DNA from: a virus
Lineage: Duplodnaviria; Caudoviricetes
DNA: 28,571 nucleotides
IMG/VR virus record: IMGVR_UViG_3300027205_000010
Coordinates: 1-28,571 of that record
Reading direction: 5' to 3' (one strand)
Positions 17,454 through 25,950 of the stretch are shown one piece after another (position 1 is the first letter of the stretch; each line of letters starts with the position of its first letter). The notes beneath the pieces were generated by a model, which was given only the letters and a program-made list of their open reading frames with translations, did no database searches and was not told the DNA's origin. The position numbers and the translations under genes were made by a program.

Positions 17454-17605
17454 ATTGTTTCGACTTTTAGTATTAGTTTTCTTTGCATTGCCATTCTTTG
17501 TATGGCGTGGTCTCGGTCAAGTGCTTTTAAAACACGATAACCAATTGTTTTTTTAGTGCAATTGCTATCTAAATAAAACACATATGTTACTTTATAATGT
17601 CTCAT
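17450..17605 (-). CDS. Small hypothetical protein (51 aa, MRHYKVTYVFYLDSNC...)
   Basis: Manual translation; overlaps both neighbours. Confidence 0.6.
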   Translation of the reverse strand: MRHYKVTYVFYLDSNCTKKTIGYRVLKALDRDHAIQRMAMQRKLILKVETI

Positions 17606-17795
17606 TACTATTTGGTATTTCGTTAAATTCTTGTTGGCTTAAATAGTCTAAGTAAAGGTTTAAATTAAAACTCCCGCCTTTATCACCTTCAACGCTTTGT
17701 TCCCGCCACCAGTTCATTTTTCTTTTAAGGCTAAAGGTTGTTTGTGTGAATTCGTTTTCTGTGTTCGCAATTTGCGACTTTAATAATTGTTTCAT
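17592..17795 (-). CDS. Hypothetical protein (67 aa)
   Basis: ORF track; ATGA coupling to the upstream gene. Confidence 0.65.
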   Translation of the reverse strand: MKQLLKSQIANTENEFTQTTFSLKRKMNWWREQSVEGDKGGSFNLNLYLDYLSQQEFNEIPNSNETL

Positions 17796-18118
17796 AAGTT
17801 ATCGTTTTTTTGTTCGTTATAAAAATCTAATTCCATTTCTAAGTGTTCAACCAACCCCCAATCAACGGGCGATTCCAAAACAACGTCTTCTATTGCCGTT
17901 TTGATTGTTTTTAGTTCGTCAAGGCTTGGAAAATACGAATGCTTAATTCCGTTAATCCATTGTTCTGCTTCCGTACAATAAACGTCAATTTTGCAATCGT
18001 AAGTTTTCGGGTCTGCGTCGTAAAAATTCCAATCAAATTCCATAATAAATTCAACTCCGTCAATTTCATAACATAAACTTGCGGTGTTTTGGTCAATTTG
18101 TAAATCTTCTAAATTCAT
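17792..18118 (-). CDS. Acidic hypothetical early protein (108 aa)
   Basis: ORF track; very Asp/Glu-rich. Confidence 0.75.
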   Translation of the reverse strand: MNLEDLQIDQNTASLCYEIDGVEFIMEFDWNFYDADPKTYDCKIDVYCTEAEQWINGIKHSYFPSLDELKTIKTAIEDVVLESPVDWGLVEHLEMELDFYNEQKNDNL

Positions 18119-18202
18119 TTTAAAGCGTTTTAAGAGTGGTTAAATAGTTAAGTTATATAAATGTATGCGTAAAGTAAAATAATGCGTTAAACGTGCTTAA
18201 AA

Positions 18203-18376
18203 TCAATACTCGTTAAGTTCGAGTTTGTCAAGTAAAAGCAACATCGTTACTAATTTAGCTTCGTTTCTTTTTGTAGCTGGGTCTTGTTGCCCAAATGCTT
18301 TGCAAAGTTCGTTGTAATCGTTTTGCAGTTCGTCTTTGTAATTTAAAATTACTTCAATCATTTCTTGCTTGTTCAT
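18203..18376 (-). CDS. Small hypothetical protein (57 aa, MNKQEMIEVILNYKDELQND...)
   Basis: Manual translation; A-rich initiation region. Confidence 0.65.
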   Translation of the reverse strand: MNKQEMIEVILNYKDELQNDYNELCKAFGQQDPATKRNEAKLVTMLLLLDKLELNEY

Positions 18377-18386
18377 TGGTTAATTT

Positions 18387-18623
18387 TTAAAGGTTAATAT
18401 TAATTAATTTTTGAAAATGTTCAATAACTTCTTTTATACTTCTTGCGTTATTAATAAATGGTCTTACGTTAAAAGAGTTAGTTATGTTTCGAACGTAATA
18501 TTTATCTCGTGAATCGTAGCCGTTTTTTACTGCGTTAATTATTAGGGTTAACTCACATATTTCTTCGCCATTTACACAAAGAATTCTTTCGTTTTTATTT
18601 TTTAAGATTGTTACTTGTTTCAT
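18387..18623 (-). CDS. First early gene, hypothetical (78 aa)
   Basis: Start reassigned to ATG 18623, downstream of the promoter at 18645-18675. Confidence 0.65.
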   Translation of the reverse strand: MKQVTILKNKNERILCVNGEEICELTLIINAVKNGYDSRDKYYVRNITNSFNVRPFINNARSIKEVIEHFQKLININL

Positions 18624-18644
18624 TGTTTCGTGTTTTGTTATACG

Positions 18645-18675
18645 CAAATATAAAGACTATTTTTATAACTGCAAA
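18645..18675 (-). promoter_or_regulatory. Main early promoter (Bacteroidetes consensus)
   Basis: TTTG-N19-TATATTTG, a full match to the -33/-7 consensus. Confidence 0.8.
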
Positions 18676-18707
18676 CATTTTAACAATTATTTTTAATAAA
18701 TTAACAA

Positions 18708-18726
18708 ATTTAGAATCATTCTAAAT
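18708..18726. promoter_or_regulatory. Perfect 9-1-9 palindrome, Fur-box-like operator
   Basis: ATTTAGAAT-C-ATTCTAAAT in the early control region. Confidence 0.6.
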
Positions 18727-18798
18727 AAGGAACGAGTGTAATTTATGCCCTTATGTATAGAAACAAAGGTAATTTATGCTTGATATAAGGGTAAAACC

Positions 18799-19833
18799 TT
18801 AAAATATATGCGTAAGCCGTGCAACTTGTCCAAATTCCTTATGATGAATAAAGCCTTCAACCGCTTTAGGAACTCCCGTAAATCCTTTTTTGTAGTGCCA
18901 ACTATCAGTTCCAGACGGACTGCGTAACGTTTCAAACGTGCAACCCACGAAATCTTTTTGAATTTTATGGTGAACGTGGTGTGAATAAATATAACGATGT
19001 TTTGTTTTGCTCCATTCCAAAGGAAATTCAGTAGCTAATAACAAAGGTAAATTTTCGGCTTTCGCTCCGTCTCCGTGAGTCGTTCCGATTAGATTATTTC
19101 CGTAAACAAATGCTTTGCGGTGTTTCAAGTCTACATTAAAACGAATTGAACTTTTATGAAAATGAGCTTCTATTAACTGCATTAAAAAAAACCCGTGCGT
19201 TAAATCGTGATTACTTGGATTGTAGACAACCTCAACTTCAGCAAAAGTTAATAATTGTTCTAATAAATCAATATAAAGATTCTTCGCCATTATAAAGTTT
19301 TCAAACCAAAAGCCGTCGGTATCTTGTGGCGTTAAATTTGTTGTGCTTTTTTTTGTGTTGTCGGTGTGTAGAATATCGTTCCCAGCAACAAATAAAACTT
19401 TGTCAATCTTAAACCCTTGCGATTTGTTTATAATGCCTTGTAATCCGTCTTTTGCCCTCTTAACTGCTATTTGACAATTATAGTCTTCGCCAACTTCAAA
19501 CGCACTTGCTAATTTACCAATATGTAAGTCTGCGATGTCAATAACTAATAAATGAGAATCGTTCGTTTTTTCAAACTTTATTTTTTCGTATTTTGGAGCG
19601 TGGTTTTTTACCGCTTCAATACATTCTTGTTTGATTGTTTTAAATCCTTGTTCGTCTTCGGTTTTAAAGTTTGGGTTTTTAAAGAATAAACTTGCGTTGT
19701 CGTTTTTAAGCCATCCGTGTTTTACGTCTTCGTCGTTTATTCCAATTTCGTCGGACGCTTTTTTTATCGCTCGGTATTTTTGTAAAATTTCCGCTTCGTC
19801 TGGTTGTAAACGGGGTCTATATTTGCTTATCAA
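18799..19833 (-). CDS. Calcineurin-like metallophosphoesterase
   Basis: ADLHIG, GNDILH, SNHD, HGD and HVHH metal-binding motifs. Confidence 0.85.
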   Translation of the reverse strand: MISKYRPRLQPDEAEILQKYRAIKKASDEIGINDEDVKHGWLKNDNASLFFKNPNFKTEDEQGFKTIKQECIEAVKNHAPKYEKIKFEKTNDSHLLVIDIADLHIGKLASAFEVGEDYNCQIAVKRAKDGLQGIINKSQGFKIDKVLFVAGNDILHTDNTKKSTTNLTPQDTDGFWFENFIMAKNLYIDLLEQLLTFAEVEVVYNPSNHDLTHGFFLMQLIEAHFHKSSIRFNVDLKHRKAFVYGNNLIGTTHGDGAKAENLPLLLATEFPLEWSKTKHRYIYSHHVHHKIQKDFVGCTFETLRSPSGTDSWHYKKGFTGVPKAVEGFIHHKEFGQVARLTHIF

Positions 19834-20294
19834 ATTATACGTCTAAATTTATCAATTATTCGCAAAATAAAAAATGTTCCGAAACCCGCTAAAAACCCCC
19901 AAAAGAATAAACTCCAATTTGTTCGTCTTTTCGTTTGTTGTACTTCTTTGCGTTTTTCTTTGCTATCCTTATAAATGTATTTGTACTTTAAAACGTCTTG
20001 TTTTATTAGTTTAGTTTTGTACCTATATTCAATTCTTGTTTGCCATTTCGTTTTTGGAAGATATACATTTCTAAAAAACACCACCGAATCACGGAATCTA
20101 ATAATTTTTTCGTATCGAATCGTATCATTTATATAGTAAGCAACCGAATCAATAGTTGCTATTCTTATTGTGTCGCTATCTTGTACCAATTTTAAGCCGT
20201 GTTTAAGCGCTTTTTTGTAGTGATATTGTGCTTTGCGTTCAGTTGAGCAACTAAACAACGTTAGAACGCTTAAAAAGACGATTAGCCTTTTCAT
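19830..20294 (-). CDS. Lipoprotein, putative unimolecular spanin
   Basis: Signal peptide with lipobox LFSC, and a C-terminal TM (WSLFFWGFLAGFGTFFILRII) followed by a basic tail; directly after the endolysin. Confidence 0.7.
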   Translation of the reverse strand: MKRLIVFLSVLTLFSCSTERKAQYHYKKALKHGLKLVQDSDTIRIATIDSVAYYINDTIRYEKIIRFRDSVVFFRNVYLPKTKWQTRIEYRYKTKLIKQDVLKYKYIYKDSKEKRKEVQQTKRRTNWSLFFWGFLAGFGTFFILRIIDKFRRII

Positions 20295-20875
20295 AACTCT
20301 ATTAAAGTGTAAGTAAATTTATTTCCGAATACCGCTTTAGCCTTGTTTATTATTTTCATAAACTCAACGAAATTTGCGTTGTATCTGAAAACTTGACAAC
20401 CTTCCGAAAAGTAATCCACGTTTGACGGGTCTTTATAAATGCTTGAGCGGTGAATATTGATTCCAAACATACCCGAATCAATTACTTTTTCGTCGTGGAT
20501 TGTATCTTTGTTGTTGTCTCTATAAACCGAAACATTTCCCAACCTTTGACAAAGTGCTTCATATTTTCCGTTATGTAAACTTACTGCGTAAACGCCTCTA
20601 TATTGATTTGGAACTAAACGAGCAACACCCTTTGAACTTCTTAAAATTTCAGTTGGTTTTTTTCCAGCGTCGGTTGTTATCGTCCATTCGTGAAATTGCC
20701 AAACTCCGTTTATTTTATAACTCAAAGTTAAAGTATCGTCGAATTCGTTGGTAACTTTTTTACCGCTTTTCAAATTTCTTACGCCAACAATATTAACGTC
20801 GTAATCTTTTGCGCTATCGAACCAAACGTAACCCTTGCTTTTAACCGCTTTTTCTATTTGTTCCCTTGTGTACAT
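20291..20875 (-). CDS. Putative endolysin, L,D-transpeptidase (YkuD)-like Cys peptidase
   Basis: GINIHRS...FSEGCQV resembles the H-x(14-17)-S-x-GC motif; lies between holin and spanin. Confidence 0.7.
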   Translation of the reverse strand: MYTREQIEKAVKSKGYVWFDSAKDYDVNIVGVRNLKSGKKVTNEFDDTLTLSYKINGVWQFHEWTITTDAGKKPTEILRSSKGVARLVPNQYRGVYAVSLHNGKYEALCQRLGNVSVYRDNNKDTIHDEKVIDSGMFGINIHRSSIYKDPSNVDYFSEGCQVFRYNANFVEFMKIINKAKAVFGNKFTYTLIEL

Positions 20876-20877
20876 AA

Positions 20878-20955
20878 TTAGATTTTAGAATAAATCATTG
20901 CTTTTATTTTTTCCCTTTGTAGAAAATTCAAATAATCAAATAATTTCTTTATCAT
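20878..20955 (-). CDS. 25-aa peptide (MIKKLFDYLNFLQREKIKAMIYSKI)
   Basis: ATGA overlap with the holin stop; ends 2 nt before the endolysin ATG. Confidence 0.45.
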   Translation of the reverse strand: MIKKLFDYLNFLQREKIKAMIYSKI

Positions 20956-21413
20956 TTTATTTCGTTTAAATCGCCTTTAATTTCTTTAGCTCTTGCAAAA
21001 AGGTTTTTAAGTGCTTGCCATATATCCACCCCTTTAACGGCTTTTATGTTCTCATTAATAGAGATGGTCTCAATACTTACCAACACTAAAGAAAGTATTT
21101 TAGTCAACATTAAAGGAACGGAAAAGAACGTTAAAATAATATCGTTAAGAATAAAATAATCTATTAAGTAAAATCCAATTACTGCAATTTCGTAAAGAAA
21201 TAACTTTGAAACAATAGCCGAAAGTTTTCTTGATGTAATTGGTATTCCCAATTTCTTTGACTTCCAAATTCCCGTTAAAGTGTCTAACAAAATTGCAAAC
21301 CCAATTAAGAATAAAATACCAGAAATAGGTAAAAAGAACGCTCCAATAATTGCCAATAATTTTGGCGATGCTATCCGAATATTGGTAAGTAAAATAAATA
21401 ATTGTATTTTCAT
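20952..21413 (-). CDS. Holin (phage holin 4_1-like, 153 aa)
   Basis: Start reassigned to ATG 21413. Several TM segments; LDTLTGIWKS...ITSRKL...E..SI.EN pattern. Confidence 0.8.
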   Translation of the reverse strand: MKIQLFILLTNIRIASPKLLAIIGAFFLPISGILFLIGFAILLDTLTGIWKSKKLGIPITSRKLSAIVSKLFLYEIAVIGFYLIDYFILNDIILTFFSVPLMLTKILSLVLVSIETISINENIKAVKGVDIWQALKNLFARAKEIKGDLNEIK

Positions 21414-21571
21414 TTTTTCAAGTAATATTGTTGTACTAATTCGTGCGTTAAAAAAACGAATAAAGCAACCCCGCCAAATTTTAAAAACAAAGCGTCTTCG
21501 CAAAACATAGCAAGGGAACACAAATAAGAAAATACAAAAAACAATAAAGATAAAGCTCGTAAATGTTCCAT
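21410..21571 (-). CDS. Two-TM small membrane protein (53 aa, MEHLRALSLLFFVFSYLCSLAMF...)
   Basis: Manual translation; ATGA overlap with the holin start. Confidence 0.6.
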   Translation of the reverse strand: MEHLRALSLLFFVFSYLCSLAMFCEDALFLKFGGVALFVFLTHELVQQYYLKK

Positions 21572-21573
21572 AA

Positions 21574-21663
21574 TTATTTTTTTTCTTTGTTTAGTTTCGT
21601 TAAGTAAACGAGCAACTTTTTAATATTTGTTTCTTTTGGTTTGTGCTTCTTTTTCATAGTCAT
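21574..21663 (-). CDS. Basic 27-29 aa peptide (MTMKKKHKPKETNIKKLLVYLTKLNKEKK)
   Basis: TAATG overlap with the upstream stop; fills the gap. Confidence 0.5.
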   Translation of the reverse strand: MTMKKKHKPKETNIKKLLVYLTKLNKEKK

Positions 21664-22163
21664 TAAATATACCAACCCGTAAAATTGTTTTGTGTGCTTG
21701 GGAACATATCCGCATTTGAGTTCGTGCTATATTCGGGAAACAAAGAATTGTTAAAATTAATATAAGTTATAAAACGTTCCGTGTAATTTTGTGCAATCAT
21801 TCGTTCTTTTTCAACTAAGAAATCCACTTCGTTTTTATCTACGCTTGTTGCGTTTTCGCTCGTATGTTTAAACACCCCTTTATTCGCTATTGTATAAGCC
21901 GAAAAAGGCAAATATTCGACCATTGCCCAATGGATTAGCATTGGCTTAATATATGAATTAAGTAAAAATAAATAAGGGTTGGCAAGTGTGTTGTTTATTA
22001 TATCCGTTTTAATCTTTTCAAGTAAATTCGTACCCAAGTAATTTTGTATATGTATATCTTGAGCAACTTTAATCCATTGAATAAAAGAATCCGTGTCAAT
22101 GTTTCCGTTAAGTGCGGTAAATTTTACGATGTCGTTTCGTGAAATTAGTAATGCTTCTGCCAT
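21663..22163 (-). CDS. Putative head-tail adaptor (166 aa)
   Basis: Helical protein directly after the portal (AQDIHIQNYLGT.L...YIKPML...FPEY). Confidence 0.55.
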   Translation of the reverse strand: MAEALLISRNDIVKFTALNGNIDTDSFIQWIKVAQDIHIQNYLGTNLLEKIKTDIINNTLANPYLFLLNSYIKPMLIHWAMVEYLPFSAYTIANKGVFKHTSENATSVDKNEVDFLVEKERMIAQNYTERFITYINFNNSLFPEYSTNSNADMFPSTQNNFTGWYI

Positions 22164-23947
22164 TATTTAAATCTTTTGTTTGTTGGTAAAAATCCTTCGA
22201 ACGGCATATCTTTTGGACGCATTGCAACAAGATTTGGATTGCGAACACGATACCCCGCCTTTTCCGCTTTGCCAGTCGAAATTGTTATTGCGTTTGGACT
22301 TAATGGGTCTATTCCCGTTTTATCGTCAAAGGCTACAAATGTTTTTCTTTTCCAAACGTGGTGACATCCTCCACCGCCTTTATATAACCAAATGTCGTAA
22401 GTTGGCGCTCCTTTTGCCCCCCAACCTTCGTTTACAACTTCCGTTTTCATTCTTAAAATGTCTTCTTTTCGATAAACCTTATTTGCAAAAATCATTTTTT
22501 TACAAAATTCACGGCTATCCGAACTCAAAGCATTTGCGTATTCATAACGTGTAATAAATAAAATGCCGTCAATAACTTGGTCTTGTTCGCTTTTTGCTCG
22601 TGGGTTTGCCGTTCCCGTTCTAACAATTTTTTTTATTTTACTAAATATGCTTTTTTTTGGTGTGTTTAACTTTTCAATTTCTAAATCTATTTCGTCTTCG
22701 GTGTCGTAATCAACTTCGAATTCGTCTATTAATATCCAATTAGGGTCTACGTCTTCGCCTAAATCAATTAACGCTTGTGCTAAAGCGTCGTCTTTTGGGT
22801 CTGCGCTTAATTCCGTTCCCGTTTCTTCGGCTATTTGTTCTTCGGTTTGTGCGTTTTCTAAATCCGTAAATTCTAAAGGTTGCAAAGTCTTGAAAAATAG
22901 TTTTAAATGTATTCCGTTAAAATGTAAAATTGTATCGAAAGCGTCTAATAATTCTTCTTGAAAAGGTCGTATAACCATATTGTCAAATAAGATTGCACTA
23001 TTTTTTAACTCGTCTGCATTACTTGAAAATCCGTTTGTTGAAGCAACTCCAAATAATAACGGACTTGTAACGTTGTGTCCAAGCATTATTTTTCTTAAGC
23101 ATTCTTCGCTTAAATAAGTGTAATGTTCTGGAGCGTCGTTTAGTGGTATATCCTCAACCGTTGTTTTTGATTCCGCATTATCATTAAAAGCAACAATTAC
23201 TTTTTGACCGCGTGACCCCGTTAATTTATTTAAAACTTTTTGGCTAATAATAGATTGTTGTTCTTCGCTTGGAACTCCATTATTAAAGTTAACTACCTTC
23301 GTTCCGCTAAATCCGTTTTGAACTTCGTTTATTAAGTAGTCGCCTATTTCTTGCTCCAATAGTGCGTAAGGAACTGCGCCTTGATAGTCGGGGTAAGCGT
23401 AGTATTTCATTCCAACCGAATAAGGCTTACTATAAAGTATTTCTACATTGTCATTTGAGAATCCAAAAGCCGAAAATCTAAGCGGTGGAAATTGTCGTGT
23501 ATCGTTCCAATTGTCCGAATAATAGTAACCCGCTATTTCACCTTCTTTATTGCACTTTTCCGCTCGTAAAAGATTAACGGGTATATGATAAGCCTTTAAA
23601 ATCTTTTTTCTATCTTTTGAATAATGTAATTGAATCGCAAATTGCCCTAACATTTTGCGGTCAATAATCATTTTACGCACATCGTCCCTTGAAAACAAAG
23701 TCATCATTTGTGCGTACTCGTTTACTTTTTTAGAAGCGTCTAACGCACCTAAACCACGCCCGTAAACCAATCTACAAATGTTGTTTATTATGGCGTTATT
23801 CGTCGTGCTATTCGTGTATCTATCAATTAAGAAATCAAAGTATTGTTCGCCATTTTCCGTTAAGAAATCAACCCAATTTTCTCGGTTTGTTTCTTCGACA
23901 ATTGGTGTCGTGTAACTTGATAAATTTAAGACGTGGTAATTATTCAT
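22163..23947 (-). CDS. Portal protein with C-terminal extension
   Basis: About 370-aa portal-like core (S.TNNAII...YG.GL; YY.YPDY; NGFSG; IMLGH.VTSP.LFG; VIRPFQ), an acidic linker, then a SREFC...YKGGGGCHHVW domain. Confidence 0.8.
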   Translation of the reverse strand: MNNYHVLNLSSYTTPIVEETNRENWVDFLTENGEQYFDFLIDRYTNSTTNNAIINNICRLVYGRGLGALDASKKVNEYAQMMTLFSRDDVRKMIIDRKMLGQFAIQLHYSKDRKKILKAYHIPVNLLRAEKCNKEGEIAGYYYSDNWNDTRQFPPLRFSAFGFSNDNVEILYSKPYSVGMKYYAYPDYQGAVPYALLEQEIGDYLINEVQNGFSGTKVVNFNNGVPSEEQQSIISQKVLNKLTGSRGQKVIVAFNDNAESKTTVEDIPLNDAPEHYTYLSEECLRKIMLGHNVTSPLLFGVASTNGFSSNADELKNSAILFDNMVIRPFQEELLDAFDTILHFNGIHLKLFFKTLQPLEFTDLENAQTEEQIAEETGTELSADPKDDALAQALIDLGEDVDPNWILIDEFEVDYDTEDEIDLEIEKLNTPKKSIFSKIKKIVRTGTANPRAKSEQDQVIDGILFITRYEYANALSSDSREFCKKMIFANKVYRKEDILRMKTEVVNEGWGAKGAPTYDIWLYKGGGGCHHVWKRKTFVAFDDKTGIDPLSPNAITISTGKAEKAGYRVRNPNLVAMRPKDMPFEGFLPTNKRFK

Positions 23948-24278
23948 AAATTATAAATTCGTTGTTTGATGTATGCGAAACATATTGTCCGTTATTTACT
24001 GAAAACGTCGCTAAAGGTTGATTCGTGCAAAATGCTTTTTCTAATAGTAATCTATCTCCGTTCGTGTCTTGTAATTCAATCATATAAAAACGATTTTCCG
24101 TAAGGTTAAAAATGGCTTCGATTTGATAAAAATAACTTGTTGCGCCTTGTGAAATAATCGGAACGTTTGTAGTTACGTTTTCGGCTTCGTCCGTAATTAA
24201 CAAATCCGTAATCGTTCCCGTTCGTGGCGTACAATTAAAGGTTTGACTTGTAACATTATTTGTAGTTAAAACTATCAT
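23940..24278 (-). CDS. Hypothetical structural protein (112 aa)
   Basis: Beta-rich; first gene after late promoter C. Confidence 0.7.
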   Translation of the reverse strand: MIVLTTNNVTSQTFNCTPRTGTITDLLITDEAENVTTNVPIISQGATSYFYQIEAIFNLTENRFYMIELQDTNGDRLLLEKAFCTNQPLATFSVNNGQYVSHTSNNEFIIYE

Positions 24279-24309
24279 ATAGATATAATTAGATTTTCTT
24301 GTTTTTGTT
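24279..24309 (-). promoter_or_regulatory. Putative phage late promoter C
   Basis: AACAA aaacaagaaaatc TAATTATA tctat ATG(24278), immediately after a strong terminator. Confidence 0.8.
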
Positions 24310-24313
24310 TCAT

Positions 24314-24340
24314 AAAAAAAGGGTTACACGAATGCAACCC
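24314..24340 (-). terminator. Rho-independent terminator
   Basis: GGGTTGCA-TTCG-TGTAACCC followed by T7. Confidence 0.85.
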
Positions 24341-24369
24341 CCTTTTAGTTTTAACCAATAAAACGTCTT

Positions 24370-24921
24370 TTATACCGTAATAACTGCGCCACCTAACAAA
24401 GATGCTAATTGTGCTTCAGTAGTACAATCTAAGAAATTGGCGGGAATCGCCTCTTGACCCGTGAAAGTCAAAGAATAACCCGACATATCACCCAAGTTTG
24501 TACCATTTCCGATAGTTCCCGCAGTTACGTCCATACCTCTTTCAAGTCCCGCAATAAAGTATTGATTTGCGTTTGTGCGAACAATAATATTTGGTCTTCC
24601 GTAAGTAAGTAACTTTACTTCTTTGTGCGTTTGAACGTCTTGTTTCTTCAACGTAACCGCCAAAACTTGTTCAAAGAATGTAGTTCCGTTTTCACGTGAA
24701 CTTGTAATTGTAGTTTCAAAAGAGTTTGTACCCTTTAATTCGAATTTGTAAACGGGTGTTGATGCGGGTAAAGCAATAGCCGAAATTTCGTCCGTTGTAC
24801 CAACATAAGTAACGTCGGTTGTTGCGTCGTAAAGTCCATAATTAAGTACAAAAATAGCGTTCAATCCGCCTATTATATCTTTGCATTGTTCAAGCCGTCC
24901 GTGTGTGATATCACAACTCAT
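24370..24921 (-). CDS. Putative major tail (tube) protein
   Basis: 183-aa beta-rich protein (SRENGTTFFEQ...GYSLTFTGQE), co-transcribed with the capsid gene and ending at a strong terminator. Confidence 0.55.
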   Translation of the reverse strand: MSCDITHGRLEQCKDIIGGLNAIFVLNYGLYDATTDVTYVGTTDEISAIALPASTPVYKFELKGTNSFETTITSSRENGTTFFEQVLAVTLKKQDVQTHKEVKLLTYGRPNIIVRTNANQYFIAGLERGMDVTAGTIGNGTNLGDMSGYSLTFTGQEAIPANFLDCTTEAQLASLLGGAVITV

Positions 24922-24951
24922 AATTTTTTTTTTTAGTATTGTTTATAATAA

Positions 24952-24969
24952 GGGGTGGTTGCCCACCCC
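24952..24969 (-). terminator. GC-rich hairpin after the capsid gene (partial terminator or mRNA stabiliser)
   Basis: GGGGTGG-N4-CCACCCC with only a weak U-tract. Confidence 0.55.
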
Positions 24970-24978
24970 GTTAAATGA

Positions 24979-25923
24979 TTATCCGTAAACTACGATGTCT
25001 TCAATTACTCCGTAAGTTGCTCCAGCAGCCATTCTCATAATTACACGAACGTTTTGGCTTCCGTCGATGTCCGACATATCAATAACACGTACTTCTTGAG
25101 TGTCGCTCAAAAGTGAACAACCGAAATACAAGTTAGATGTTGTTGTTGCCATCATTGAATCGTTAGGCAATCCGTTTGCCATAAAAATTGGTATTCCAGA
25201 ATAAGACAAAGCTCCGTTTGTGTACCACATTGTACCCATTGAGTTAACACCCGCATTTGCTTGTGAGTTAGTACCTAAAGCACCGAAACCACCTAAAGCG
25301 GAAACATAAGCCTTTGCAACGTTTTGTGAAACATAAATCTTTAAATCAGATTTTCCGTAAAGTGTTGCGGGAATTTGCGCTTCAACTAAAGCAAGTTGAG
25401 CAATTACGTTAGCGGGTGTAATCGCAACGTTTGAAATTAATTGTGCGGGTGGTAAATTTGGGTCAACTAAAGCCGTTGAAAACAATCCGTCAAATTCTCC
25501 CGTGTTTGCACTTGAACCTTGCCATAAAGAAACTTCGTTAGCGGAAGCAACTTGGGAAGCTACGTGTGCAATTAAGTAATCGGCAAAAGACTTAGGTAAT
25601 ACGTCAAAAGACGAAAATCCTTGCTCTATTCCTTGCCAAGTGTTGTGAAATTGTGACTTACAAAGTTGCATATTTACTTGTAAATCTTTAACCTCTAAAA
25701 TTCTCTCGGTTAAATCAACGGTTGAGTTTGTTTGAAAGTCACAAGAAGCGTCCTCAAGAACGTTTGCAGTTTCAAGACGTTGAATAACTGATTTAAATTT
25801 GATGTTTGGCATAACGGTAACCCCGCCATTTTCGATTGTTGGAGCGCTTAGTAGTGCTGCCGAAATGTACTTACCCGCGAATTGACCCGCGTAAGTAGTG
25901 GTAATAACTGGTTGTGTTGGCAT
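24979..25923 (-). CDS. Major capsid protein (314 aa)
   Basis: Follows the scaffold; E..LWQG...FDG motif; size and pattern compatible with the HK97 fold; no delta domain. Confidence 0.85.
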   Translation of the reverse strand: MPTQPVITTTYAGQFAGKYISAALLSAPTIENGGVTVMPNIKFKSVIQRLETANVLEDASCDFQTNSTVDLTERILEVKDLQVNMQLCKSQFHNTWQGIEQGFSSFDVLPKSFADYLIAHVASQVASANEVSLWQGSSANTGEFDGLFSTALVDPNLPPAQLISNVAITPANVIAQLALVEAQIPATLYGKSDLKIYVSQNVAKAYVSALGGFGALGTNSQANAGVNSMGTMWYTNGALSYSGIPIFMANGLPNDSMMATTTSNLYFGCSLLSDTQEVRVIDMSDIDGSQNVRVIMRMAAGATYGVIEDIVVYG

Positions 25924-25950
25924 TTCTTTTTAATTTTTAATTGTTAGTAA

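Noticed and set aside
17911-18096. 61-aa minus-strand ORF
   Set aside because: Nested out of frame inside 17792-18118, with no supporting signal.
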